Assembly (NCBI GenBank): GCA_964016885.1
Contig: OZ024764.1
Location: 8,060,001 to 8,124,000, forward strand
DNA length: 64,000 nt
Source of the DNA: Eledone cirrhosa
Lineage: Eukaryota
Reading direction: 5' to 3'
Positions 27,038 to 39,700 of this stretch are shown here, piece by piece. The stretch's first letter is position 1, and every line of letters starts with the position of its first letter. The notes beneath the pieces were generated by a model. The model was given only the letters and a program-made list of their open reading frames with translations, did no database searches and was not told where the DNA came from. A program made the position numbers and the translations under genes.

Positions 27038-27315
27038 GTGTGACCCATCAACTCAAGATGCCCTAACAAAGAGTACAATACCAATGGCTCCCTCTATTGA
27101 TGATCTGTTTAAGCTGGATTCTGTGGACAGCGAAGATTTCAATTTTAAAATCTCACAGATGTCCTTACCATCCCTGAGTCAGGCTAATAACACACAGATT
27201 CCGAAGAAACCCTCATTCAAGAAGGCCCATATCAACGCTACCCCTCATAACCAACAGGTTAAAAGGGGTAACCAATTTAAAAATACTCCGAGTACCCAGA
27301 TGAAAAGGCCCCAGG
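27038..27315 (+). CDS. HFM1: HFM1 coding exon 2 (CDPSTQDALTK...MKRPQ)
   Basis: ttttcag acceptor, open frame, G|gtaaat donor; phase 2 to 1. Probably a disordered N-terminal region. Confidence 0.75.
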
Positions 27316-27604
27316 GTAAATATGCTATAATCTATTTTACACCTTTCACTCATTAGACTGTAGCCATGCTGTTGCACAGGTTTAATTATTTGACACCAAC
27401 TCGGCCAGAATCAACCCTGGTTCTATGACACAAAATAACCCATTTTTAAAGGGTTATATTCAAATTAAAATCTTCCAATATAATTTTACATGAGGACTGT
27501 ATGTCTTAGTAATGAAATAATTAATAATTTTAGTAAATCTCTCAAAATTCTTCATTAATTAATTCGAAATACTGGGTTCCCATTAAATTTAAAATCTTCC
27601 ATTA

Positions 27605-28216
27605 TCTATATATATAAAACAGAGGATGTGAGTTTGAATCCCTAAAACTCGAGGAGTACCCAACCGATTTTTTTCAAACTTTACATGTGTATTACTTAGG
27701 TTTCAGGGAGTGTTATGCACATAAAAAATTCAACCTTTTGATCCCCTAGGTGAAAAACTGCATTTTTTCCAGCTTTTTCGGGGTTTTTTGAGGCGTTATG
27801 TCAGACCGATTTTCTTGAAATTGTAACTATGTATTAGTCAGTCTCTTATCCATATCGTGAGCAAAGAAAATCCAACTTTTTTATGGCCTAGGGCCCGCAT
27901 TAGGTGAAAAACTTCATTTTTTCAGCTTTTGGGGGTTTTTTTTAGGCGTTACGTTTAGCCGATTTTCCCGAAATTTCAAGGCATATTATGCACATAAAAA
28001 AAATTCATTTTCATGATCCCATAGGGCCCGCATTAGGTGAAAACCTGCATTTTTCCTGCTTCATCGAGGAAAATCTTAAAGATTATCCAGCCATCAGAGT
28101 TTTCGGTTTATTTTCTTTACATATTGTCCAGGCATGCAGTTTTTCCACGATTAAGTCTGTTGGTGGCCCGCATTCCAAAATACCTTATCCCATGCAACAC
28201 TGGGTACCACTGCTAG
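27605..28216 (+). mobile_element. Non-autonomous Helitron-like element
   Basis: A|TC 5' end, subterminal imperfect hairpin cccatgcaacactggg, CTAG|T 3' end, no TSD. Confidence 0.65.
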
Positions 28217-28259
28217 TTATATATAAAAACCATATGTTAAATTACTATTCTAATAATGA

Positions 28260-29200
28260 AATCATCATCATCATCATCATTATTTTACGACCGCTTTTCC
28301 CTGCTTGCATGGGTGGGATGGGTCCTATTCAGGACAGCATCTCTCCACTTATCATGGTCCTTCGTCATCTCCTCCGTGAGCTTCAGCAATCTGAGGTCTG
28401 CTCTCACCACCTCTGCCCATGTTTTTCATGGTCTACCTCTACTGTGTCTTCCTTCTACTGGGATTTCTTGGCACTTCTTTACCCAGCAGTCATCACATGT
28501 CCATACCATCTCAGACTTCTCTCCTGCACACTACAGTTTATCCCTCGTATACACAGTTTCTCTCTCAACTCAGCCATGCCTGGTTGTTCACGTACATTGA
28601 CATTGCACATCCAACGGAGCATACTTGCTTCATTTCTCTCCAGCCGTCGCATATCCTCCACAGTTGCTACCCATGTCTCACTACCATGCAGCATCACGCA
28701 TCTCACACAGGCATCATATAACCGGACTTTCATTCATAGAGAGAAACCCTTTGTTGTCAACAGAGGAAGCAGCTCCTTTATCTTCCACCCTGTCCTTATT
28801 CTAGATACTATGGTCTCGGAGCACCCTCCTCCCTTGCTAATCTGATCACCTAGGTATCAGAAGCTATCAACCACCTCTATAGATCCTACCTGCCTTTGAA
28901 AAATGTGCCTATCACTGACACTTCTACCATAAATTTTCTCTGAACATCTCCTACATAAAAGGTTTTCTTTTCCTGTTAGTTTGCCTGTTATCCCACTACA
29001 CCTCTTGTGTACCCAAGATCTGCATTGTGTATATTCTATAGAATTTATGCCAACTCCTTTTCTACATATCAAGCATGGCCATTTCCCTGATGGAAACAGA
29101 GTCTTGTTCTCTTTCCTACTTATCAACACCTTAGTCTTTGCTAGGTTCACTCTCAGTCCTTTTGATTCTAACTGCTGTTTCCCTAGCTGGAATTTATTTT
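28260..29200 (-). mobile_element. Degenerate RTE LINE 3' fragment
   Basis: GLRVNLAKTKV, WPCLIC, WVHKRC and LHGSETW motifs; frameshifted. Confidence 0.9.
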
Positions 29201-29821
29201 CAGTTAGACCACTCATGACCTGTTGGGTCTTGTTCACTTAAATGTATTTGAATCTTTGAAGTCACTTGTTTTAATTTCATTCAACAACACCACCAGCTCT
29301 CTCTCTCTCTTTCTTCCATTTTCCTTCTCTGTCTCCTTCTCTATGTCTCTCTTTCAATCTGCTCTCTCACAACCACTTCCTCTCTATCTTTCTCTCTCTG
29401 TTTATGAAGGTACCCTGTAAAACCCCATATCTCAGGAACCCGTGCTCCGATTTACGCGAAGCTTGTTTTATTCCATTTGTATTCCCATTTCAGGGTCAAC
29501 TTCCTTTCAAAGTATTTTCCCATTATGTGCCCTTTTGGTTGTATTACATTACATTACAGACAAGCAAGCAATCACAGACTTTTAGTAATATACTAGACCA
29601 CCTGTGACCCATTAGGTCATGTTCACTTAAAAATAATTGTTAAATAATCAAAATATACACAGACATGTATATAATGTGAAATGAAACTGGGGAGCCCATA
29701 TATATATGTGTGTGTATGTATATATATATAAATATGTGTGTGTGTATACATATATATATATATATGTGTGAGAGTGAATGTATATATGTGGGTGTCTGTG
29801 ATCTATATACACTGGTCATAG

Positions 29822-29872
<51 letters not shown>

Positions 29873-30185
29873 ACACCACCATCAGCTCTCTCTCTTCCAT
29901 TCTCCTTCTCTGTCTCCTATCTCCCTCTCTCTATGTCTCTCTTTCAATCTACTCTCTCACAACCACTATCTCTTCCTCTCTCTCTGTTCATGAAGGTACC
30001 CAGAAAACCCCATATCTCGGGAACCCGTGCTCCGATTTACACGAAACTTGTTTTATTCCATTTGTATTTCCATTTCAGGGTCAACTTCCTTCCAAAGTAT
30101 TTTCCCATTATGTGCCCTTTTGGCTGTATTACATTACATTACAGACAAGCAAGCAATCACAGACTTTTAGTATTTTATAGATAGA

Positions 30186-30623
30186 TAATTGTTTCTACTT
30201 TTGGCACAAGGCCAGCAATTACCCCCAGTGCATTTCTGGTACTTTATTTTATCGACCCCGTAAGGATGAAAGGCAAATTTAACCTCGGCGGGATTTGAAC
30301 TCAGAATGGCAAGGGCCGTAACTCTATGCTGCAAAGCATGGCGTCCGACCCTCAACCGATATTGTCAATCCACTGCCCTGTTCTATGTAGATAGATAATA
30401 TTAGTAAATCCCTCAAAATTCTTCATTAATTAATTAAATGGATTGGCAGTATCGGTAGAGGGTCGGACGCCATGCTTTGATGCATAGAGTTACGGCCCTT
30501 GCCATTCTGAGTTCAAATCCCGCCGAGGTTAACTTTACCTTTCATCCTTACGGGGTCGATAAAATAAAGTACCAGTAATACACTGGGTAATTGCAGGCCT
30601 TGTGCCAATAGTAGAAACAATTA
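30186..30623. mobile_element. Inverted pair of tRNA-related SINE family 2; other copies at about 17810-18095(-), 38494-38688(+) and 60613-60805(+)
   Basis: TGGCAGTATCGG A box, GTTCAAATCCC B box, gcctttcatccttacggggtcgataaa core. Confidence 0.85.
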
Positions 30624-30701
30624 ATTAATTAAAATAGAATGTACTTCGTTAGAAATATGGTTACAAAAGAGTTAAAGCAATGTTTTTCTTTTCTTTTGTA
30701 G

Positions 30702-30726
30702 ATGTTATATTAGAGAAAGATTTGAT
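30702..30726 (+). CDS. HFM1: HFM1 25-nt micro-exon 3 (DVILEKDL)
   Basis: Strong polypyrimidine tract plus tag acceptor, gtaagt donor. It is needed to bridge phase 1 (exon 2) to phase 2 (exon 4). Confidence 0.7.
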
Positions 30727-30738
30727 GTAAGTATGACA

Positions 30739-31535
30739 CCACCATTATCATAGCTATCAACACCACCACCATCATCATAACTATCAACACCACCACCATA
30801 ACCATCAACACCAACACCATTATCACCACCATTAACACAACAAACAGCTCTACAAGCAATACCACCACTAACACGACTACCACCAATAGCACCACCACCA
30901 CTATCACCAACACCATACCACCAACATCACCACCCACCACTATCACCACCACCCCTCCACCACCACCACCACCACTATCACCAACACCATACCATCAACA
31001 CCACCACCACCACCACCACCAACACCATACCACCAACATCACCACCACCACCACCACCACTATCACCAACCCCACCACTATCACCAACCCCACCACTATC
31101 AACACCACCATCACCACTAACACAACCAACAACACTACCACTAACACCACCACCATACCACCACCGCTAACACAACCAACAATACTACCACCACCAATAA
31201 CACCACCACCACTATCACCAACACCACCACCACTAACACAACCACCAATACCATCACCACCACTACCACCACCATTTCCACTAACACTAACACCACCACC
31301 ACCACCACCACAACCATTTCCACTAACACTAACACCACCACCACCATTTCCACTAACACTAACACCACCACCACCACCATTTCCACTAACACTAACACCA
31401 CCACCACCACCACCACCATTTCCACTAACATTAACACCACCACCACCACCACCACCACCACCATTTCCACTACCACCACCACCACCATTTCCACCATCAC
31501 CACCACCACCACCATTTCTACTAACAGCACCACCC
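30739..31535. repeat. (CAC)n-like low-complexity tract; complementary (GTG)n-like tract at 41300-42152
   Basis: Degenerate trinucleotide repeats. Confidence 0.9.
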
Positions 31536-31719
31536 TCCAGCATTATTTTATATAAGAACTATATGTTAAGTTACTATCTTAGTAATAAAATAATTAATAA
31601 TTTTAGTAGGAAATCCTTCAACATTCTTCATTAATTATCTGAAATACAGGGTTCCTAATTAAATTAAAATCTTCCAACATAATTTTATATAAGATCTTAC
31701 ATTAAGTTACTATTTTTGT

Positions 31720-33205
31720 AATCATCATCACCGTTTTACGTCCATTCTTCCATGCTAGCATGGGTTAGACGGGTTCTTCTGTTGTGGGCAATGCCAGATC
31801 AGGTGACCATGTCTTGATTTCTAGAGCTGGATGCCCTTCCTAACACCAACCTCATTTACAGTGAGTACTGGGTGCTTTTTTTGCCGTGGCACCTACACAA
31901 CCACTTTACAGTGTGGGCTGGGTGCTCTTTTACCGTGGCGCCTACACGACCACTTTACAGTGTGGGCTGGGTGCTCTTTTACCGTGGCGCCTACACGACC
32001 ACTTTACAGTGTGGGCTGGGTGTTCTTTTACCGTGGCGCCTACACGACTACTTTACAGTGTGGGCTGGGTGCTCTTTTACCGTGGCACCTACACAACCAC
32101 TTTACAGTGTGGGCTGGGTGCTCTTTTACCGTGGCACCTACACAACCACTTTACAGTGTAGGCTGGGTGCTCTTTTACCGTGGCACCTACACAACCACTT
32201 TACAGTGTGGGCTGGGTGCTCTTTTACCGTGGCACCTACACAACCACTTTACAGTGTGGGCTGGGTGCTCTTTTACCGTGGCACCTACACGACCACTTTA
32301 CAGTGTGGGCTGGGTGCTCTTTTACCGTAGCGCCTACACGACCACTTTACAGTGTGGGCTGGGTGCTCTTTTACCGTAGCGCCTACACGACCACTTTACA
32401 GTGTGGGCTGGGTGCTCTTTTACCGTAGCGCCTACACGACCACTTTACAGTGTGGATTGGGTGCTCTTTTACCGTGGCACCTCCACGACCACTTTACAGT
32501 GTGGACTGGGTGCTCTTTTACCGTGGCACCTCCACGACCACTTTACAGTGTGGACTGGGTACTCTTTTACCATGACACCTATACGACCACTTTACAGTGT
32601 GAGCTGGGTGCTTTTTTGCCGTGGCACCTCCACGATCACTTTACAGTAGGAGGGGGGGGGGACATACTGTCTATATGCTTCAGCTTCGGCTTGTACCAGT
32701 GGGAAGTCGGGTCTTCTGTAATTCTGCGTGAGGCCAGAGGTCTCGGTCCTGTGTCATCGCCTTTGAGAGGTGTAATTGGGTAAGGTCAGCTTTTATCACC
32801 TCATCCCAGGTCTTCTTGGGTCTCCCCACTCCAAGGCTTCCTTTGACTTCTAGTGCTCTGCACCTTTTTATGCAGCTGTCATGCTTCATACGCATCACAT
32901 GTCCATACCAATTCATCTTCCTCTCCTGCACACAGCATTTGATACCTCTTATGCCTAGTCTCTCTCTCAATTCATCTATGCTTTGCCGTTCGCGTATATT
33001 ACTATTACACATCCATCGGAGCATGCAGGCTTCATTTCTTTCTAATCTATGCAAGTCTTCCACCTTCAGCGCCCAGGTCTCACTACCATGTAACATTGCT
33101 GTTCACATACACACATCATACAATCTGCCTTTCATTTTGAGGGAGAAGCCTTTTGCAGCTAGCAGTGGCAGTAGCTCCCTGAACTTCTTCCATCCCATCC
33201 TTACT
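31720..33205 (-). mobile_element. Second RTE family 3' fragment whose 3' UTR carries a 49-bp tandem array
   Basis: MLHGSETWAL..WYGHV..GRPKKTW ORF runs into the array and a (GAT)n tail. Confidence 0.85.
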
Positions 33206-33321
33206 GTATTTTCAAAACACCCAAATTTTAGTAAATCTCTCAAAATTTTTCATTAATTAACTGAAATACATTATGAATATTATAATGAATGTATTAATAA
33301 TGAACTCCTTAAAATTTTCAG

Positions 33322-33671
33322 AATTTCAAAAGGAGTCCCGCGTCGAAAGTTGTTTGTGAACCCTTTTAAATCACAGAAGGAGAACATCGGAGGGCTATTC
33401 TATAATGTTGATGTGGAGGCTGACATCCTTGTATCGGACAGACAAGACTACAATACTGCTACTACTGTTGTTATTGATGATGATGATGTTGTTGTTGTTA
33501 GTGGCGATAGTGGTGGTGGTTATGGTAGAAGAGCCAATGTTGATGATGATGGTGATAGTCATAGAGGTGATGTTGTTGTTGGTGATGGCCATGGAGGGGT
33601 TGGGGGTATTTTCGAAGACTTCAGACTGGATTTACCTGCACCCCAAAACAGCCCCTTGGATGACCAACAAG
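33322..33671 (+). CDS. HFM1: HFM1 coding exon 4 (ISKGVPRRKLFVNPFK...DDQQ)
   Basis: ttttcag acceptor, 350-nt open frame, G|gtaaca donor; phase 2 to 1. Confidence 0.75.
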
Positions 33672-34144
33672 GTAACACAATTTAGATTTATTTTTTTGGC
33701 CCTTTTATTTTTCTAATCTATCTGCCGAATATTCAACTCTTTTGATACTGCTAACCCAGTCAAAACCAGCTTGGAGGGTCCATGGAACAAAATCAGCCAT
33801 TTTAAAGGGCTCCTGTTTAACCCTTTAGCATTTACATTACTCTATATGGCCAGTTTGCAACAAGATGGATCAAGTTTGGCACTCAAATCTTTCCAACCAC
33901 ACCAAGATCAGACTCTTCCAAGTAACAATTCCTGTATTTCAATTAATTAAGAATTCTAAGTGTTTTACTAAGATTATTAATTATTTCATTACTAAGATAG
34001 TTACTTAACATAAGGTTCTTATATAAAATTATGTTGAGGGATTTTAATTTAAATAGGAACCCTGTGTCTTCCTTCCACTGGGATTTCTTGCCACTTCATT
34101 ACCCAGCACTCATCCTCCATGCTCATCACATGTTATCAAAAGTG

Positions 34145-35154
34145 TTAACTGAGCTTGCAACAAGATGGATCGAGTTTGGGGCACCACAAATCTTTCCAAC
34201 TACACTCTTCCAAGTCACAATTCAACCAATCTTGCTATATGGAAGTGAAACATGGACACTTTCATCCAAACAACAAAAGCACCTTCATGTCATTTACACT
34301 CGCCTGCTTCGACGCATTCAGAACATAAGCTGGTGACATCTGACTTTGAGAGAGATATATGCTGGCCTCCCATTTATATCTGTTGTTGTGCGTAAAAGGA
34401 GAGTAAGATTTGCTGGCCACTGTCATCGTGCCACCTCTGAGGCTGTGTCCCCATTAGTGCTCTAGAAACCACAAGCAGTCACTAATAACAGGGGCCACAA
34501 GCTCTCCTACCCCAATTTGCTGGCCACTGCCATCGTGCCACCTCTGAGGCTGTGTCCCCATTAGTGCTATAGAAACCACAAGCAGTCACTAATAACAGGG
34601 GCCACAAGCTCTCCTATCCCAATTTGCTGGCCCCTGCCATCGTGCCACCTCTGAGGCTGTGTCCCCATTAGTGCTATAGAAACCACAAGTAGTCACTAAT
34701 AACAGGGGACACAAGCTCTCCTATCCCAATTTGCTGGCCCCTGCCATCGTGCCACCTCTGAGGCTGTGTCCCCATTAGTGCTATAGAAACCACAAGCAGT
34801 CACTAATAACAGGGGACACAAGCTCTCCTATCCCAATTTGCTGGCCCCTGCCATCGTGCCACCTCTGAGGCTGTGTCCCCATTAGTGCTATAGAAACCAC
34901 AAGTAGTCACTAATAACAGGGGACACAAGCTCTCCTATCCCAATTTGCTGGCCCCTGCCATCGTGCCACCTCTGAGGCTGTGTCCCCATTAGTGCTATAG
35001 AAACCACAAGCAGTCACTAATAACAGGGGACACAAGCTCTCCTATCCCGATGTCATCTCCAGAGATTCTGGTATTGAAATCCAGGACTTGGCAACAGCAA
35101 TGAACGACAGACCCACGTGGAGATCAATTGTTGAGACCATTTCGGCTGAGGGTG

Positions 35155-35187
<33 letters not shown>
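34145..35187 (+). mobile_element. Third RTE-like LINE 3' fragment with six 107-bp tandem units
   Basis: LLYGSETWTL and RFAGHC motifs; (GAT)n tail; period 107. Confidence 0.85.
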
Positions 35188-35188
<1 letters not shown>

Positions 35189-35247
35189 TAATGAAGTTGT
35201 GACAACCATACCTGAGATTAAACATACCTGTATTTTTATCTTTGCAG

Positions 35248-35307
35248 TGCCAACTTCTTCTCTTCCTCTTCATGTGTCGAAATCACTGAAGTCAGTCAAA
35301 GAAATAC
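35248..35307 (+). CDS. HFM1: HFM1 coding exon 5 (VPTSSLPLHVSKSLKSVKEI)
   Basis: tttgcag acceptor; LKSVKEIP resembles the HFM1 pre-Q-motif segment; donor gtatcctt is U12-type. Confidence 0.85.
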
Positions 35308-35325
35308 GTATCCTTAGTAACATGT

Positions 35326-35368
<43 letters not shown>

Positions 35369-35489
35369 GCCCCCAGTATTCTCATTATATTAAAAATGCT
35401 AGGTTTTATCTATCTATCTATCTGCCTGTCTATCTATCAATCTATCAATCTATCTATCTGTAGGTCTGTCTGTCTGTCTGTCTATCTAA

Positions 35490-36720
35490 GTATCACTTTA
35501 GAAGGAGAATCAGGGTGGAGAGAGAGGCACTGCACCCCAGTAAATTTACTGAAAGGTGGGTGAATGAAGCGAAAATGGCCCGAGTGATTGGGCCTTCTCT
35601 GTTTATAAGCCTGTAGGTTGAGGAAGAGAGCAAAAGGAAGAAAGGAGCACTTGCACAACACGCTCCTTGAGTTGAGGGTTGTTCTATCGACGGGGTATTA
35701 AACAACCCATTTGTGGCGCCTCCCCCCTATTGGGGATTTCGATTGTTGAAATTGTTTGTTTTTATATTTTTTACACGACTGTATGTAAAATCCCCGGCAT
35801 GTCTTTGTATTGTCCCCTTTCTTGTTGCGCCCTTGTGGCTAATAAAGAAATCTATCTATCTATCTTCAAAAACGAAGGAGAGGCGGTTTTCCTTTGTGTA
35901 ATAGCTATGGCGAAAGAGGTTGTATGGTGGACGAGGTTGAAAGGGCTGAGGTCAGACACCTTTCTCTCCGGCCAACAACTGATTCTTTTTTTTCAAATAC
36001 CACTTTGGAAGAAGAGTCAGGATGGAGGGAGAGGTGCTGTACCCCAGCAAGTTTTATGAAAGGTGGGTGAAAGTGGTGAGAATGGCCCGAGTGAATGGGC
36101 CTTCTCTCTATATCAGCCTGTAGGTTGAGGAAAAGGAGGAGGAGAGGAAAGGAGTACAAGCTCTTCGTACTCCTGGAGATGAGGGTTGCACATTTTTTTT
36201 GGGGGGGTATGTGTTACCCATATGAACTGTCTCCCTCTATTGGGGAAAATCGACTAACTTTTTAAATTCCATTTGTGATAACATTTTACACGTTTTTATT
36301 GTATGTAAACTTCCCCCTTTGTATTTGTCCCCTTCTTTTGTGCCCCTGTGGCTAATAAAGAAATATATCTATCTATCTATCTATTACCCCAGTCGTTTTT
36401 ATGAAAGATGGGTGAAAGTGGCGAGAATGGCCCGTGTGAATGGGCCTTCTCTTTACATCAGCCTGTAGGTGGAAAAGAGGAAGGAACGAGGGAGCACCCT
36501 CTCTCTGTGCTCCTGAGGAGAAGGGGGTTGCACACTTTTTTGGGGGTGTGTGCGACCCCCCAAACGCCCCCTCCCTATTGAGGACTCTATTGTTAATTTT
36601 ATATTTGTTATTTGTTTTCTTTACTCGCTTTTTATGTAAACTCCCCCCATTGTACTTGTCCCACTTTTTGATGCCCTGGTGGCAAATAAAAAGAAACATA
36701 TCTATCTATCTATCTATCTA
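35490..36720 (+). mobile_element. Three tandem 3' fragments of an L1/Tx1-like LINE
   Basis: Each has RWV...MARV.GPSL.ISL-stop, then AATAAA and (TCTA)n. Confidence 0.6.
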
Positions 36721-36832
36721 ACTATCCATCTAGCTATCTATCTACCCCCCTCTCTCTTTCTCTCTCTCTCTCTCTATATATATATATCCATTAAAGTATG
36801 TTACCAAACACTATTATCTATAGCATAATTTA

Positions 36833-36870
36833 ATTTACAATTGTTTCATCCTCGTGGGACTCATCAGAAT
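36833..36870 (-). ncRNA. Hammerhead motif, family C
   Basis: att-CTGATGA-gtcc cacga ggat-GAAA-caattg-TA-aat on the minus strand. Confidence 0.78.
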
Positions 36871-36952
36871 CAACCATTATATAAACAAATACCTCAACAA
36901 GTTCATCTTTTTGAACGCACAAAAAAGTATATATATATAATGTGTTTATTAA

Positions 36953-36997
36953 GCTCTGAGGATTCCTACCAAACGGTATGGATGAAACATTGTAAGC
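36953..36997 (+). ncRNA. Hammerhead motif, family C
   Basis: gct-CTGAGGA-ttcctacc aaac ggtatggat-GAAA-cattg-TA-agc, then AATAAA. Confidence 0.72.
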
Positions 36998-37634
36998 AAA
37001 TAAAAACTGTTTGAGTATGTAAGTGTTCTTTGGTTTCTTTTACATATATATATATATATTTATATATAGGTGTAGGTGTCACGACAAAAGCACCCAGTCA
37101 CACTGTAAAGTGGTTGTGTAGGTGTCATGATAAAAAGCACCCAGTCCACACTGTAAAGTGGTCATGTAGGTGTCATGACAAAAGCATCTAACCTAACTGT
37201 AAATGGGGTTGGTGTTAGGAAGGGCATCCAGTTGTAGAAATCAAGCCAAAATCAGTTTTGTATGTGCAAGACATGGTCACTTGACCTGGCATTGCCCACA
37301 ACAGGACAACCCGTCTAACCCATGCTAACATGGAAAATGGATGGAAAATGGTGATGATGATGATGACAATGATGATGGTGATATATATATATATATATAC
37401 ACACCCACATATATATATTTATTTATATATATATATACATACACACACATGCACATTTATACACACATATACATATAAATATATATTTATACATGTTTAC
37501 ATGATGGTGATGATGTGTATCATGATGATAATGGTGGTGGTGGTGGTAATGGTGATGGTAGTGATGATGATAGTAGTGATATTGGTAGTTATGTTGATGG
37601 TGATGATGATGGTTATTTCCTTAGCTGCTCCCAG

Positions 37635-37702
37635 CCTCCAAGTTCAGGGACATATTCCCATTTGAGTATTTCAACACAACACAGTCGAAAATTCTTGATG
37701 AT
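37635..37702 (+). CDS. HFM1: HFM1 coding exon 6 (PSKFRDIFPFEYFNTTQSKILDD, Q motif)
   Basis: FxxFNxxQS Q motif of Ski2-like helicases; cag acceptor, gttagt donor. Confidence 0.9.
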
Positions 37703-38887
37703 GTTAGTTTGCCTTGTAAAATTTTTATTATTACTAGCAGATCATATCTACATGTATATATACTTGTGTATAATATCAATATACACACTACACATGCTAG
37801 GGTGGATTTTCTGCTAGCATGTGTAGTGTGTATATTGATATTATACACAAGTATATTTATATTATACACAAGTATATATACATGTAAGATAGTGTAACAC
37901 AGTCTTCGTTCAATTTCTGTGTATATTGTCAATTACGATTTTATTTGATGTATCATATCTACATGTATATATACTTGTGTATAATATCAATATACACACT
38001 ACACATGCTAGGGTGGTTTTTCTGCTAGCATGTGTAGTGTGTATATTGATATTATACACAAGTATATTGATATTATACACAAGTATATATACATGTAGAT
38101 ATGATACATCAAATAAACTCGTAATTGACAATCTAAACAGAAATTGAACGAAGACTGTGTTACACTGTCTTATGTAATCAGTAATCCATGATATATTTAA
38201 AAAAGACGACATTATATATAGACTGGATTAGGAGAAAATTAGTGACGGAAATATATGAATGTTTATTTAAGCGATCGCTAACCGGAAGTGTTGACATTTG
38301 AAAATTTTAAAGAAGTGAATCTTTAAATAAGCAATAAAATATATCTAATCAAGAGTTACGAAATTTAGTAGATAAATTATGTAATATTCATTCATTTGCC
38401 TTTCATCCTTACGGAGTCGATAAAATAAAGTACCAGTAATGCACTGGGTAATTGCTGGCCTTGTGCCAAAAGTAGAAACAATTATTTATTCAAAGGGCGG
38501 TGGATTGGCAGTATCGGTAGAGAGTCGGACACCATGCTTTGCAGCATAGAGTTACGGCCCTTTACGGTCTGAGTTTAAATCCCGCCAAGGTTAACTTTGC
38601 CTTTCATCCTTACGGGGTCGATAAAATAAAGTACCAGTAATGCACTGGAGTAATTGCTGGCCTTGTGCCAACAGTAGAAACAATTATTTATTCAAAGTGT
38701 TGGTGGTGGTGGTGGTGGTGGTGGTGATGATGTTGGGGGGGGGGGGGTGTTTGGGTGGTGGGGGTGGTGGTGGTGATGGTGATGATGATGGTGACGATGA
38801 TGATGATGGTGGTGATGATTGTGGTTCTAGTGGTGGTCATGATATAACATATGATAACATATCAATAAGAATCTCCATACATTGCAG

Positions 38888-39023
38888 GCGTTGTACAGCG
38901 ACACTTCCCTTGTGGTCTGTGCCCCAACTGGAGCAGGGAAAACTGTGGTATTTGAACTTGCGATCGTCAGGATCATGGTCAAGGCAGAAGAGACCAACAA
39001 TTTCAACTTTAAAGCAGTTTACA
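38888..39023 (+). CDS. HFM1: HFM1 coding exon 7 (Walker A, CAPTGAGKTVVFELAI)
   Basis: Motif I in the Mer3-type context; cag acceptor, gtaagt donor. Confidence 0.95.
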
Positions 39024-39641
39024 GTAAGTGTGGGGGTTTGGTGTGTGTGTATATATCATTCATCAATTCATTTTACGTCCGCTTTTTCCCTGCTTGCAAG
39101 GGTGGGACGGGAACTGATTCTGGCTTGATTTCTACAGCTGGATGCCCTTCCTAACACCAACCTCATTTACAGTGAGTGCTGGGTGCTTTTTTTGCCGTGG
39201 CACCTCCATGACCACTTTTGCAGTGGAATGATAGGGACCCCAGTCCCTATCATCTCATTTCTACAGCTGAGTAAACTGGAGCAATGTGAAATAAAGTGTC
39301 TTGCTCAAGGAAACAACACATCACCCAGTCTGAGAATTGAACTCACAACCTTTCGATTGCAAGGCCAATGCTCTAACCACTAAGCCATGTGCCTCCATAT
39401 ATATATATTTATTAAAATAACAGATTAAAGTTTAAGCAAAGAATCGCTGCGTTCACCCTTAACGGGAAATTAAAAAAGTCAATCTGTGAACACAGAAGTA
39501 AATATTTCAAAAAACGTTGCAACCGGAGGAAGACAGGAAGATGATACTTTGGTTTGTGGAAACGTTCTCTGGCAAAGAACGGAAAAAAAAAATGAACAAT
39601 GATATTAAATAAATGGAAACTATATTTATAAAACCATATTT

Positions 39642-39700
39642 ATTCTATTATATATATTTCAAGGGTACCAAAACTTTTGTACACTCTCATCAGATAAAAT
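39642..39700 (-). ncRNA. Hammerhead motif, family B
   Basis: attttat-CTGATGA-gagtgtac..gtaccctt-GAAA-tatata-TA-atagaat on the minus strand. Confidence 0.8.

Larger units (their letters stand above)
35308..37634 (+). other. U12-type (minor spliceosome) GT-AG intron
   Basis: 5' site GTATCCTT; branch-like TTCCTTAGC at 37617-37625, 9 nt before the 3' end; no polypyrimidine tract. Confidence 0.88.

Noticed and set aside
31860-32645. 49-bp array as CRISPR
   Set aside because: Units are contiguous with no spacers; part of a retroelement 3' UTR.
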